From assembly GCF_017876815.1 (NCBI RefSeq), contig NZ_JAGIOS010000001.1:2670001-2702000 (forward strand): a stretch of 32,000 bases of DNA, read 5' to 3'. The notes below the pieces were generated by a model. It had not been told where the DNA came from. It saw only the letters and a program-made list of their open reading frames with translations, and ran no database searches. This document shows positions 6,827 through 15,490 of this stretch, in pieces. Source of the DNA: Sinorhizobium meliloti. Its GTDB lineage: Bacteria > Pseudomonadota > Alphaproteobacteria > Rhizobiales > Rhizobiaceae. A program made the translations under genes and the position numbers. How positions within the stretch are numbered: position 1 is the stretch's first letter; every line of letters starts with the position of its first letter.

Positions 6827-7228
6827 ATGAGCAAGCGAAAACAAGCCGGCCGGCCGCCGCATGAGCCGAGCGAAAAAGATCGGAAAATGGTTGAGGTCCT
6901 ATCGGGCTTCGCGGTGCCGACAAAGGATATAGCCGAGGTCGTGGGGATCACTCAGGCCACGCTATTCAAGCATTACCGGGATCAGCTGCGGCGCGGCGGC
7001 GCGCTCGTTCAGGCCAAGCTGGTCGCCAATCTCCTGCGGATCGCCAGCGGCAGCGATGGCACGGCGCTAAAGGCAATCACCTTCGCGCTGCAATGCCGCT
7101 TCGGCTGGTCGCAATATGTGCCGCGCCCGGATGGTGAACGCGATCGGCCTCCGGGCAAGAAGGAAATTCAGCAGCGCGAGGCCGAAACCGCGCATACCGA
7201 ATCCGATTGGGGCCGGCTGTTGAATTGA
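6827..7228 (+). CDS. terS: Terminase small subunit (HTH-containing)
   Basis: A 133-aa protein immediately upstream of, and overlapping, the large terminase. A predicted HTH (VPTKDIAEVVGITQATLFKHY) is followed by a helical oligomerisation-like region and an acidic/basic tail. Confidence 0.7.
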   Translation: MSKRKQAGRPPHEPSEKDRKMVEVLSGFAVPTKDIAEVVGITQATLFKHYRDQLRRGGALVQAKLVANLLRIASGSDGTALKAITFALQCRFGWSQYVPRPDGERDRPPGKKEIQQREAETAHTESDWGRLLN

Positions 7229-8913
7229 CCGGCTGGAACTTCGCCTGCCCGGATTGGGAGCAACGGCTCCTTGCCGGTAAATCGCTGATCCCGGATTTGC
7301 CGCTGGACGAGGCCGAGGCGGCCCGCGCCGTCGATATCTTCAATAAGCTCCGCCTGCCCGATGTGCCCGGCCAGCCGCTCCTGCGCGATGCGGCCGGCGA
7401 ATGGCAGCGCGATATCGTCCGCGCCATCTTCGGCTCAATGGTCGGCGACACGCGCATGGTGCAGGAGCTTTTCTGCATGGTGCCGAAAAAGAACAACAAG
7501 ACGACCGGCAGCGCCGGGGTCTCGTTGACCGCCTTGCTGATGAATTCCCGGCCGCATGCCGAATTCATCTATGTGGGGCCGACGCATGAGGTCTCCGACC
7601 AAGCCTTTCAGCAGGCGGTCGGGATGATCGAGGCCGACGATTATCTAAGCAAGCGGTTCCATATCGCGCACCATACGAAGACGATTCTGGACCGGCGCAA
7701 CAAAGCCCGGCTCAAGGTCAAGACCTTCGACATGAAGGTCGTCACCGGCTCCAAGCCGATTTTCGTGTTGCTGGACGAACTGCACCTTATGTCGTCCATG
7801 GCCGCCGCCGCCCGGATCATCGTCCAGATTCGCAACGGCATGCCGGCGCCGGAATCGGTGCTGGTCATGATCACCACGCAATCGGACGAGCCGCCGGCCG
7901 GGGCATTCAAGACGGAACTCCGATATGCGCGCGGCGTCCGCGACGGCCGGATCAAAGAAAGCCGTATGCTGCCGATCCTCTATGAATTCCCGGAGGAGAT
8001 GCAGCGCAGCGGCGCGTGGCGCGATCCGGCGGTCTGGCCGCTGGTCAATCCGAACCTCGGCCGCTCGATCACGCTGGAAAAGCTGAAATCGAGCTATCAG
8101 GCGGCAGTCGAAAAAGGCGACGAGGATTTGCGCCTGTGGGCGTCGCAAAGGCTGAACGTCGAAATCGGCGTCGCCCTGCATGACGACCGCTGGCTCGGCG
8201 CCGATTATTGGGAAAGCGCGGCCGATCCGTCCATCACGCTCGACTCGCTGATCGCCGAGTCCGATGCCATCGTTTTCGGCATCGATGGCGGCGGGCTGGA
8301 CGATCTATTCGGGCTGGCGGCGATCGGCCGTTGCAAGCGCAATCGCAGTGAATGGCGGCTCTGGTCGCATGCCTGGGCGCACAAGGATGTGCTCTCCCGG
8401 CGAAAGGAAATCGCCGACCGGCTGCATGACTTTCAGCGCGACGGCGATCTAACCATTTGCGAGACGCCGACGCAGGATTTCGAGGAAGTCGCCGACATCA
8501 TCGCCCGCGTCCGGGATACCGGGCTGTTGCCCGAAAAGGCCGGCGTCGGCCTCGATCCGGTCGGCGTCGCCAACATGGTCGATGCGCTGGCGGTGCGCGG
8601 CATCACTGGCGATCAGGTCGTCGCGATCCCGCAGGGCTACCGCCTTTCGGGCGTCATCCAAGGCACAGAGCGCAAATTGAAGGACGGCACGCTTTGGCAC
8701 GCTGGCGCGCCGCTCATGGCGTGGTGCGTCGGCAATGCAAAGGTCGAACAACGTGGGAATGCGGTGCTGATTACCAAGCAAGTCGCGGGCAAGGCGAAAA
8801 TTGACCCGCTCGTCGCCGCCTTTGATGCGGCCATGCTGATGAGCAAGAACCCCGAGGCGGTCGGGGCGGGCATGGATAGCTATTTCCTAAGCCTCGCAGG
8901 GGCAGCGGCGTGA
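7207..8913 (+). CDS. terL: Terminase large subunit (Terminase_1 / HK97-like)
   Basis: WNFACPDWEQRLLAGKSLIPDLP at the N-terminus, a Walker A-like VPKKNNKTTG, a Walker B-like IFVLLDELH, and a C-terminal nuclease region (VFGIDGGGLDDLFG...IDPLVAAFDA). The track start at 7207 is TTG. A TTG at 7225 overlapping the terS stop (TTGA) is at least as likely. Confidence 0.93.
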   Translation: MGPAVELTGWNFACPDWEQRLLAGKSLIPDLPLDEAEAARAVDIFNKLRLPDVPGQPLLRDAAGEWQRDIVRAIFGSMVGDTRMVQELFCMVPKKNNKTTGSAGVSLTALLMNSRPHAEFIYVGPTHEVSDQAFQQAVGMIEADDYLSKRFHIAHHTKTILDRRNKARLKVKTFDMKVVTGSKPIFVLLDELHLMSSMAAAARIIVQIRNGMPAPESVLVMITTQSDEPPAGAFKTELRYARGVRDGRIKESRMLPILYEFPEEMQRSGAWRDPAVWPLVNPNLGRSITLEKLKSSYQAAVEKGDEDLRLWASQRLNVEIGVALHDDRWLGADYWESAADPSITLDSLIAESDAIVFGIDGGGLDDLFGLAAIGRCKRNRSEWRLWSHAWAHKDVLSRRKEIADRLHDFQRDGDLTICETPTQDFEEVADIIARVRDTGLLPEKAGVGLDPVGVANMVDALAVRGITGDQVVAIPQGYRLSGVIQGTERKLKDGTLWHAGAPLMAWCVGNAKVEQRGNAVLITKQVAGKAKIDPLVAAFDAAMLMSKNPEAVGAGMDSYFLSLAGAAA

Positions 8914-10157
8914 GCCTCCTCCGCAAAATGGCGACCTTCTTCCGGCGGCTGTCCTTGCGCACCCCGGACGGCTGGTATCCCGATGGCCAGCGCTCGGACG
9001 CGGGCGAGCCGATCACCGACCAGAACATCCTCGCGATTTCGGCTGTATGGGCCTGCGTCAATCTGCTGGCCGGCACCATCGCATCACTCCCGCTCATGGT
9101 CTATCGGACCAACAGCCGGGGCGAGCGCACGCTGGCGCGCGATCATCCGTTGTTTCGCATCCTGCATGACAGCCCGAATTACGACCAGACGGCCACCGAC
9201 TTTTGGGAATACTCCTCGGCCTCTATCGAGCTTTGGGGCAATTCCTACGCGGCGATCGAAAGGAATGGCGGCGGCCGGGTCGCGGCGCTTACGCCCTTGC
9301 GCCCGGATAGCGTCAGCGTCCGCCGGCTCGAGAATGGAAATCTGGAATACCGCTGGACCATGGACGGCGAGAACCATGTCGGCAGCGACCGCGCCATTCT
9401 TCATATTCGCGGCTTTGGCGGCGATCCCCTCGGCGGCATGTCCACCTTGCATTTCGGCCGGCATGCTTTCGGCCTTGCCCGCGCGATCGATCGGGCGGCG
9501 GCCGGGACATTCAGCAACGGCATGATTTCGCAAACGGCGCTGACATTCGAGCGGTGGCTTACCGACGAGCAGCGCAATCTGGCCGAAACCAAGCTCTCGG
9601 AGAAATACATCGGCGCCAAGAATAGCGGCCGGCCGATCATCCTTGAGGGCGGGACGAAAATCGATGTGCTTTCGATCAAGCCCGAGGACGCGCAGATGCT
9701 CGAATCGCGGGGATTTTCGGTCGAGGAGGTCTGCCGGTTCTTCGGCGTCCCGCCCTTCATGGTCGGGCACACGCAAAAGGTGACCAGCTTCGGCTCCGGG
9801 CTTGAGCAACAGGTTTTGGGCTTCCAGAAATTCACGCTTCGCCGCCGCCTAAAGCGGATCGAGCAGGCTTTGGAAAAGCAGCTGCTTACGCCGGCCGAGC
9901 GGGCCGCCGGGCTCACCATTGAATTCAATCTGGAAGGATTGCTGCGCGGCGATAGCACGGCGCGGGCGGCCTTCTATCAGTCGGTGCTGGCCAACGGCTG
10001 GATGACGATCAACGAGGTCCGGGAAAAGGAAAACCTGCCTCGCGTCGAGGGCGGCGATGTGCCGCGCATGCAGATGCAGAACGTGCCGATCACCGAGGCG
10101 GGCAAGCAACAGGAGGCATTGCCGGCGCCGGCCGAAAATCAGGAGCCGGAACCATGA
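8910..10157 (+). CDS. Phage portal protein, HK97 family
   Basis: AVWACVNLLAGTIASLPL...ELWGNSYA...PEDAQMLESRGFSVEEVCRFFGVPPFMVGH...RAAFYQSVLANGWMTINEVREKENLP are hallmark portal motifs. The GTG start overlaps the terL stop (GTGA). Confidence 0.93.
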   Translation: MSLLRKMATFFRRLSLRTPDGWYPDGQRSDAGEPITDQNILAISAVWACVNLLAGTIASLPLMVYRTNSRGERTLARDHPLFRILHDSPNYDQTATDFWEYSSASIELWGNSYAAIERNGGGRVAALTPLRPDSVSVRRLENGNLEYRWTMDGENHVGSDRAILHIRGFGGDPLGGMSTLHFGRHAFGLARAIDRAAAGTFSNGMISQTALTFERWLTDEQRNLAETKLSEKYIGAKNSGRPIILEGGTKIDVLSIKPEDAQMLESRGFSVEEVCRFFGVPPFMVGHTQKVTSFGSGLEQQVLGFQKFTLRRRLKRIEQALEKQLLTPAERAAGLTIEFNLEGLLRGDSTARAAFYQSVLANGWMTINEVREKENLPRVEGGDVPRMQMQNVPITEAGKQQEALPAPAENQEPEP

Positions 10158-10849
10158 AAACCAAAGATTTCACCCTCCAAGTCAAGGAACTGACCGAGGA
10201 CGGCACCTTCGAAGGCTACGGTTCGATTTTCGGCAATGTGGATGCCTACGGCGAAAAGGTCGTTCCAGGCGCCTTTGTGGAGAGCCTCGCCAAGCACCGC
10301 CGCGAGGGCACCAACGTCCTGATGCTCTGGCAGCACGACCCCGACAATCCTATCGGCGTTTGGGAGGATTTGGCCGAAGATGCCAAGGGCCTTTACGGCA
10401 GAGGCCGGCTGATCCTCGAAATCCAGAAGGCCCGCGAGGTCCGCGCGCTGATGCTGCAAAAGGCAATCGGCGGCCTCTCCATCGGCTATCGCGAAGTCGA
10501 GACAGAGCCGGATGGCAATGTCCGCCTCCTGAAAAAGCTGGAGCTTTACGAGATTTCCCCGGTCGCATTCCCGGCCAATCGCCGGGCGCGGATCGAGGCC
10601 GTCAAATTCGGAGAATTCGAGGCATTGGCGCGGCGCGGCGAGCGCCTCCAAGAGCTGGCGCGGTGCTTCCGCGACGGCGAGCCGATGCCGGCAAAGGAAT
10701 TCGAGGAAATCCTGCGGGATGCAGGCTTCCCGAAAAGCGCAGCCGTACAGATCGCCTCTGTCGGCTACGCCAAGGCCATTCGGAGTGAGTCCGAGGGCAG
10801 CAAGGCGAACGAGCAGGCCGCGTTTCTTCAAGCCCTTTTGCGCGGCTGA
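10154..10849 (+). CDS. HK97 family prohead protease (S78/U35) with C-terminal scaffold-like region
   Basis: FEGYGSIFGNVDAYGEKVVPGAF...VLMLWQHD...PIGVW...GLSIGY...LYEISPVAFPAN is the prohead protease signature. ATGA overlap with the portal stop. Confidence 0.9.
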   Translation: MKTKDFTLQVKELTEDGTFEGYGSIFGNVDAYGEKVVPGAFVESLAKHRREGTNVLMLWQHDPDNPIGVWEDLAEDAKGLYGRGRLILEIQKAREVRALMLQKAIGGLSIGYREVETEPDGNVRLLKKLELYEISPVAFPANRRARIEAVKFGEFEALARRGERLQELARCFRDGEPMPAKEFEEILRDAGFPKSAAVQIASVGYAKAIRSESEGSKANEQAAFLQALLRG

Positions 10850-10879
10850 TTTTTCCCCTCACTGCGAAAGGACTCCGCT

Positions 10880-12085
10880 ATGCCGGACCCTGTAGAAAAG
10901 ACCGCCGAGCAGCTGGCTCTGGAGGTCAAAGCCGAATTCGACAAGACCATAAATCAGGTCAAGGAGATTGCCGAAAAGGCACTCGCCGAGGCCGCCAAGG
11001 GCGTCGGCTTGACCGACGATTTGAAGGAAAAGGCCGACGAGTCTCTCCTGAAAATGAACGCCCTGACAGAGCAGGTCGCCGACATCGAGCAAAAGCTCGC
11101 GCGCGGCGGCGGCAACAAAAACACCCCTGAAAAGACCATCGGCGAGCAGTTCGTCGAGGACCAGGGCGTTAAGGACTGGGCGCAGTCCAGTCCGAGCAAG
11201 GGCAAGGCGGACGTTCGCTTTAAGGCGACGATCACCTCCGCGACGACCGACACGGCGGGCGCCGCCGGGGCCGCCGTCGAGACCACCCGCCTGCCGGGCA
11301 TTCTTGCCCTACCGCAGCGGCGTTTGACCGTTCGCGGCCTGATTTCGCCGGGTCGCATGGACGGCAATTCGCTGGAATACGTCCGTGAGACGGGATTCAC
11401 CAATTCGGCGGCGCCCGTCGCGGAAACAGCGGCCAAGCCGGAGTCGGACCTGAAATTCGATCTGGTCACGACCTCGGCGAAGGTCATTGCCCACTGGATG
11501 AAGGCGAGCCGTCAGATTCTTGACGACTTCTCGCAGCTTCGTTCGATCATCGACCAGCGGCTCCTGTATGGCCTCGCCTATGTCGAGGAAGGCCAGCTGT
11601 TGAACGGTGACGGCACCGGCCAAAACCTGCATGGGATCATCCCGCAGGCCACCGCCTATGCCGCCGCGTTCACGCCCGATGCGCCGACCGCGATCGATAC
11701 CCTGCGGCTTGCTCAGTTGCAGGCGGCGCTGGCCGAGTATCCGGCCACCGGCCATGTCATGAACCCGACCGATTGGGCGCGGATCGAGTTGGAAAAGGAC
11801 ACGACCGGCCGGTACATCATCGGCAATCCACAGGGCATGATCGGGCCGACTCTTTGGGGCCTGCCGGTCGTCGCCACGCAGGCAATCGCGGTTGACAAGT
11901 TCCTGACCGGCGCATTCCGGCTCGGGGCGCAGCTTTTCGACCGCTGGGACGCCCGCGTCGAGGCTGGGTTCGTCAATGACGACTTCATCAAGAACCTCGT
12001 CACGATCCTCGCCGAGGAACGCTTGGCGCTGGCCGTTTATCGGCCGGAAGCCTTCATCTATGGCGATCTTGGCTATGTAGCCTGA
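10880..12085 (+). CDS. Major capsid protein, HK97 family
   Basis: An N-terminal coiled delta-domain-like segment is followed by SLEYVRETGFTNSAAPVAE...KPES..KFDLVT..AKVIAHWMKASRQILDD and GQNLHGI..., which is typical of the HK97 fold. Confidence 0.93.
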   Translation: MPDPVEKTAEQLALEVKAEFDKTINQVKEIAEKALAEAAKGVGLTDDLKEKADESLLKMNALTEQVADIEQKLARGGGNKNTPEKTIGEQFVEDQGVKDWAQSSPSKGKADVRFKATITSATTDTAGAAGAAVETTRLPGILALPQRRLTVRGLISPGRMDGNSLEYVRETGFTNSAAPVAETAAKPESDLKFDLVTTSAKVIAHWMKASRQILDDFSQLRSIIDQRLLYGLAYVEEGQLLNGDGTGQNLHGIIPQATAYAAAFTPDAPTAIDTLRLAQLQAALAEYPATGHVMNPTDWARIELEKDTTGRYIIGNPQGMIGPTLWGLPVVATQAIAVDKFLTGAFRLGAQLFDRWDARVEAGFVNDDFIKNLVTILAEERLALAVYRPEAFIYGDLGYVA

Positions 12086-12092
12086 TCGATGG

Positions 12093-12120
12093 GGGCGGCT
12101 TTCGGGCCGCCCTTTTCCTT
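12093..12120 (+). terminator. Rho-independent terminator/attenuator after the capsid gene
   Basis: gggcggc (12093-12099) pairs with gccgccc (12106-12112) around a 6-nt loop, followed by ttttcctt. Confidence 0.6.
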
Positions 12121-12142
12121 GCCTTGAAAGGGAGCAACCACC

Positions 12143-12538
12143 ATGGCCGAGTTTACCGTGAAGCGGCAGCATCTTGGCGACCGTATGTATTTGCCGGGCG
12201 ATACCCGCCAAGCGGACGAAAAACAGGTCGCGCATCTGGTCAAGGCCGGCGTGCTCGGCGCGGCGGGAAATCAAGCGCCTGAGACCGAGCCCGCGACGCC
12301 AACGCCAGCCCCGACTCCAGCCCCGGCGCCCGCGCCAGCCCCGACGCCGACGCCGACGCCGACCCCGACGCCCAAGCCGGAAACGCCAACGATCCCGGAG
12401 GAGCCGGTGCCCGAGAAACCCGAGAAGCCGGAAAAGCCCGAGAAGCCGGAAAGGCCGGAAAAGCCGAAAGCAAAGGCCGTGGCCAGCGCGCCGAGGAATA
12501 AGGCCCTGAAAGCGGCTCCCAAAAATAAGGGTGCATAA
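12143..12538 (+). CDS. Proline-rich repeat protein between capsid and connector genes (function unknown)
   Basis: RBS gggag lies 8 nt upstream of the ATG. A 40-aa globular-looking N-terminus is followed by (PA/PT)n, (PEK)n and a Lys-rich tail. Codon periodicity is maintained through the repeats. Confidence 0.7.
   Translation: MAEFTVKRQHLGDRMYLPGDTRQADEKQVAHLVKAGVLGAAGNQAPETEPATPTPAPTPAPAPAPAPTPTPTPTPTPKPETPTIPEEPVPEKPEKPEKPEKPERPEKPKAKAVASAPRNKALKAAPKNKGA
12290..12470 (+). repeat. In-frame microsatellite-like tandem repeats (6-nt ccgacg/ccagcc units, then 9-nt cccgagaag/ccggaaaag units)
   Basis: ccgacgccgacgccgacgccgaccccgacg at about 12341-12370. cccgagaaacccgagaagccggaaaagcccgagaagccggaaaggccggaaaagccg at about 12410-12466. 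Confidence 0.85.
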
Positions 12539-12540
12539 GC

Positions 12541-13122
12541 ATGCTCGTTCCAACGCATCGCCCGGTCCTTGTCACGCCGCCGGCTGCGCCGCCGGTCAGC
12601 CTCGCCGATGTCAAGCAGGCGCTCCATGTCGAACACACCGAAGACGACGGCCGGCTCCAAGACGAGATAGACGCGGCCGTCGCGCATTATGAGGGGCCGG
12701 ATGGCATTCTCGGCGGCGTCATTCTTTCCGAGCAGCAATGGCGGCAGGATTTCGATCGTGTCGAGCAAAAGCTGCTTCTGCCGCTGCGTCCGGTCGGCGA
12801 TATCGTCAGCGTGATCTGGAAAGACGAAGACGGCGCGGAGTCGACCATCGGCGACACGAATTATGCGCTGCTGACCGACGCGGCTGGCCGATCTTATGTC
12901 CGCTTCCACGATTCCTATGAACTGCCGAACTATCTCTATGAGGTCGCCGGGGCGTCGGTCGAGTTTGCCGCTGGCTATGAGACCGTCCCGGCCGACATCA
13001 AGACTGCCATCATTGTCCGCGTGCAATTGCAATATGACGAGGTGGCCTCGGCGAATGGCCAGAACCTTGAGCGGGTCGAGGCGAATCTGATCCGCAAATA
13101 TCGCCGACCGGGGATCGCATGA
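12541..13122 (+). CDS. Head-tail connector (gp6-like adaptor) protein
   Basis: VSLADVKQALHVEHTEDDGRLQDEIDAAVAHYEG...VPADIKTAIIVRVQLQYD is the typical gp6-like Phage_connect_1 pattern. The position after the capsid gene fits. Confidence 0.78.
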   Translation: MLVPTHRPVLVTPPAAPPVSLADVKQALHVEHTEDDGRLQDEIDAAVAHYEGPDGILGGVILSEQQWRQDFDRVEQKLLLPLRPVGDIVSVIWKDEDGAESTIGDTNYALLTDAAGRSYVRFHDSYELPNYLYEVAGASVEFAAGYETVPADIKTAIIVRVQLQYDEVASANGQNLERVEANLIRKYRRPGIA

Positions 13123-13457
13123 TGGCTATCGCGGCCGGCGACCTGCGCGAAAAAATCACCATCGAGCGCGCCAGCTACGTGCCCAACGAATTCAACGAGC
13201 CGGTTGAAACATGGGCGCCCTATATCAGCCGCCGCGCCCGGCGCGAGGATTCGGGATCGGGCGAGAAAGAGGCGGCCGGGCAGGTTGGCGCCTTCCTGAT
13301 GGCGCGCTTTGCGATCCGCCGCGACGCCCTTGTCGATGGCATCAAGCCCGCCGACCGCATCTCCTATGACGGTGCCCATTGGAACATCAAGGAGATGAAG
13401 CAACTCCGCGACAATACGCGCTTCCTCGAAATTACAGCGGTAAAGGACTTAGGTTGA
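13119..13457 (+). CDS. Head closure / head-tail adaptor protein (SPP1 gp16-like)
   Basis: AGDLREKITIERASYVPNEFNEPVETWAPY...RFAIRRDALVDGIKPADRISYDGAHWNIKEM matches the Phage_H_T_join pattern. ATGA overlap with the upstream gene. Confidence 0.8.
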   Translation: MMAIAAGDLREKITIERASYVPNEFNEPVETWAPYISRRARREDSGSGEKEAAGQVGAFLMARFAIRRDALVDGIKPADRISYDGAHWNIKEMKQLRDNTRFLEITAVKDLG

Positions 13458-13933
13458 TGGCCGGCGTCCGGGTCTCAATCGAAGGGCTGAAACAGCTTGA
13501 CCAAGCCCTGGCGGAACTGCCGAAAGCGACCGGCAAGGCGGTTTTGCGCCGCACGCTGATCAAGGCCGGCGAGCCGCTGGCCGATGATATGCGCGCCGAG
13601 GCGCCCGACGATCCGGCAACCGGCGGCAACGATCTGCGAAGCTCCATCGGCGTCGGAACCAAGCTGTCCAAGCGGCAGGCGAAACTGCATCGCAAGGAGT
13701 TCAAGAACGACAAGGCAAGCGCCGAGGTTTTCGTCGGCGCCGGGCCGGTGCCGCACGCGCATCTGCAAGAATTCGGCACCTCCCGCCATGGGCCGCAGCC
13801 TTTCGCGCGCCCCGCTTGGGATGCCGGCAAAAATCAGGTCCTCGACACCATCAAGGACGAACTCGCCGTCCAGATCACCAAGGCGGCGCAGCGGCTTGCG
13901 CGTAAGGCGGCAAGGCTGGCGGCAAAGGGCTAA
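13457..13933 (+). CDS. HK97 gp10 family neck/tail-completion protein
   Basis: GVRVSIEGLKQLDQALAELPKATGKAVLRRTLIKAGEPLADDMRAEAP...HAHLQEFGTSRHGPQPFARPAWD is the gp10-family signature. The ATG at 13457 shares one nt with the preceding TGA. The 26-codon upstream extension in the track was discarded. Confidence 0.8.
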   Translation: MAGVRVSIEGLKQLDQALAELPKATGKAVLRRTLIKAGEPLADDMRAEAPDDPATGGNDLRSSIGVGTKLSKRQAKLHRKEFKNDKASAEVFVGAGPVPHAHLQEFGTSRHGPQPFARPAWDAGKNQVLDTIKDELAVQITKAAQRLARKAARLAAKG

Positions 13934-13940
13934 ATCCGAA

Positions 13941-14324
13941 ATGGAAGAAGCGATTACGGCGCTCCTGTCCGGCGTGGCAGGCGGGCGGCGGTTCTGGACG
14001 CGCGCGCCCCAAAAGCAGGCGGACGGCTCGGCCATGCCGCGCCCCTATGTCGTGCTGTTCCGCATCGATGGCGTGCCCTCCTACCACTATCGGGGCCGCG
14101 ACCTGATCTCATCGCGCATTCAGGCGAATTGCTACAGCGACACATTCACGTCCGCCAAGCAGACGGCCCGCGCCCTGATCGCCGCCGTAGAGGGCCATAG
14201 CGCCGGGATCATTCAGGGAATTTTCATCGAGGACGCCGGTCGGGATGTGACCGCCTCCGACCCCGGCGAGGTCACGCCGCTGTTCGCGATCGCCGTGGAA
14301 TTCACGGTCATTCACTCCGCCTAA
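13941..14324 (+). CDS. DUF3168-like tail terminator-type protein
   Basis: MEEAITALLSGVAGGRRFWTRAPQ...PYVVLFRI...IQANCYSDTFTSAKQTARAL. Size and position just before the tail tube gene fit. The long track ORF 13584-14324 is an out-of-context extension. Confidence 0.65.
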   Translation: MEEAITALLSGVAGGRRFWTRAPQKQADGSAMPRPYVVLFRIDGVPSYHYRGRDLISSRIQANCYSDTFTSAKQTARALIAAVEGHSAGIIQGIFIEDAGRDVTASDPGEVTPLFAIAVEFTVIHSA

Positions 14325-14346
14325 CCCACCCCCAAGGAGCGCCGTC

Positions 14347-14778
14347 ATGGTTACTGCCGCTGCAATCGGCTGGTCCACTACCTATGAGATTTGGGATGCC
14401 AGCCTTACCACTCCCGCCTTCGCGTTTGTCGCGGAGGTCAATTCCGTCACGCCCGGCGCCGCCGAGGTCGATCGCATCGACGCCACGCATATGCAAAGCC
14501 CGAACCGGCGCCGCGAATATATCGCCGGCCTGATCGACAACGGCGAGGCATCTTTCGAGATGAATTTCGTACCCGGCAGCGCAAGTGACGTGCTGATCAG
14601 GGGCCTCCTCGATAGCGGCGCCTCGGTCCAGCACCGCATCACTTTCCCGAATGGCCACCGCGTCACCTATAACGCGGTCATCACCGGCTACGAGAAAGAA
14701 ATCCCGGTCGATGACAAGATGACCGCGACCGTGACCGTGGCGGTATCCGGGGCCGAAACTTGGGATGAGGCACCCTGA
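14347..14778 (+). CDS. Major tail (tube) protein, GTA g9 / TP901-1-like
   Basis: RBS aaggag precedes the start. The 143-aa beta-rich protein contains EVNSVTPGAAEVDRIDATHMQSP...FEMNFVPGS...ITFPNG.... Confidence 0.8.
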   Translation: MVTAAAIGWSTTYEIWDASLTTPAFAFVAEVNSVTPGAAEVDRIDATHMQSPNRRREYIAGLIDNGEASFEMNFVPGSASDVLIRGLLDSGASVQHRITFPNGHRVTYNAVITGYEKEIPVDDKMTATVTVAVSGAETWDEAP

Positions 14779-14780
14779 TC

Positions 14781-15146
14781 ATGGCAAATCCACACCGTGG
14801 CTCCGTCGCGTTCAACGTCGGCGACCGGGCCTATACCCTATCGTTCTCGATCAACGCGATTTGCGAGCTTGAGGAGCTTCTCGGCCAGCCGGTCCCGCAG
14901 ATCGCCGCCACCCTCAACAAGCCCGAGGACATCCGCATGACGACCGTCCGCGCGCTGATCTGGGCGGCGCTGCGCGACTATCATGAGGAAGTCGATCTGA
15001 AAGAGGCGGGCGCCATCGCCAGCGAGGCCGGCATGCCGGCGGTTATGGAGGCGATTGGCCGCGCCTTTCAGCTTGCCTTCCCGGAGGCGGCGGACAACGC
15101 AAACCCTCGGAAAGCCCCGGCGCGGAAACCGGGGCGGGCGGCCTGA
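14781..15146 (+). CDS. Tail assembly chaperone (gene transfer agent g10-like)
   Basis: NPHRGSVAFNVGDRAYTLSFSINAICELEELLG...TVRALIWAAL is the GTA-family chaperone pattern. It lies directly upstream of the tape measure gene. Confidence 0.78.
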   Translation: MANPHRGSVAFNVGDRAYTLSFSINAICELEELLGQPVPQIAATLNKPEDIRMTTVRALIWAALRDYHEEVDLKEAGAIASEAGMPAVMEAIGRAFQLAFPEAADNANPRKAPARKPGRAA

Positions 15147-15160
15147 ATCCGGTCGATCTG

Positions 15161-15490
15161 TTGCGGACATGGGTCGAAAGCGGTCAGGACCCCGCGCGGT
15201 TCTGGCGGCTTACCGTCCGGGAAATCACCGTCATCCTTGAGGGCTGCGCTAATCGCCTGAAACGCCAGCATAACGAGCGGGCGTGGCTGGCTTGGCATAT
15301 CGAGGCGCTCGCCCGCCAGACCCGACTCCCGAAACTGAAAACGCTTCTCCACGGCGCGCCCGCCGGCAAGCGCCGCATGTCGCCCGAGGAAATCGAGGCG
15401 GTGGCGCGCACGTGGCTCGCCTCAAGGCAGAGGAAAAATCATGACATCAGCGGTCATCGGCGCCCTCCGGGTGAATCTCGGACTCGATAG
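15161..15490 (+). CDS. rcc01693-family tail assembly protein (second chaperone ORF, -1 frame relative to 14781-15146)
   Basis: LLRTWVESGQDPARFWRLTVREITVILEG... resembles the rcc01693/TIGR02216-type small protein that precedes GTA-like tape measures. The only start is TTG at 15161. The frame is open for more than 100 nt upstream without a start codon. The 3-prime end overlaps the tape measure start by 50 nt. Confidence 0.55.
   Translation: MRTWVESGQDPARFWRLTVREITVILEGCANRLKRQHNERAWLAWHIEALARQTRLPKLKTLLHGAPAGKRRMSPEEIEAVARTWLASRQRKNHDISGHRRPPGESRTR

Noticed and set aside
7207-7228. terS/terL 22-nt overlap, considered as a possible frameshift site
   Set aside because: It is more simply explained by terL initiating at the TTG at 7225, which overlaps the terS stop (TTGA). 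No slippery heptamer was seen.
12290-12470. Tandem repeats considered as a possible CRISPR or other non-coding array
   Set aside because: The units are 6-9 nt with no spacers. They stay in frame within an ORF that has an RBS and encode PT/PA/PEK repeats. No cas genes are present in the window.
11309-12553. Long antisense ORFs in the track: 11309-12553, 15717-17360, 18605-19777, 21320-22249 and 22216-23970 (all minus); also 26757-27530, 27651-28424, 29620-30474 and 30636-31481
   Set aside because: Each lies opposite a gene with clear family motifs. Their translations are Arg/Gly/Ala/Pro/Asp-rich with no recognisable domains, which is the usual stop-codon-poor shadow frame of high-GC DNA.
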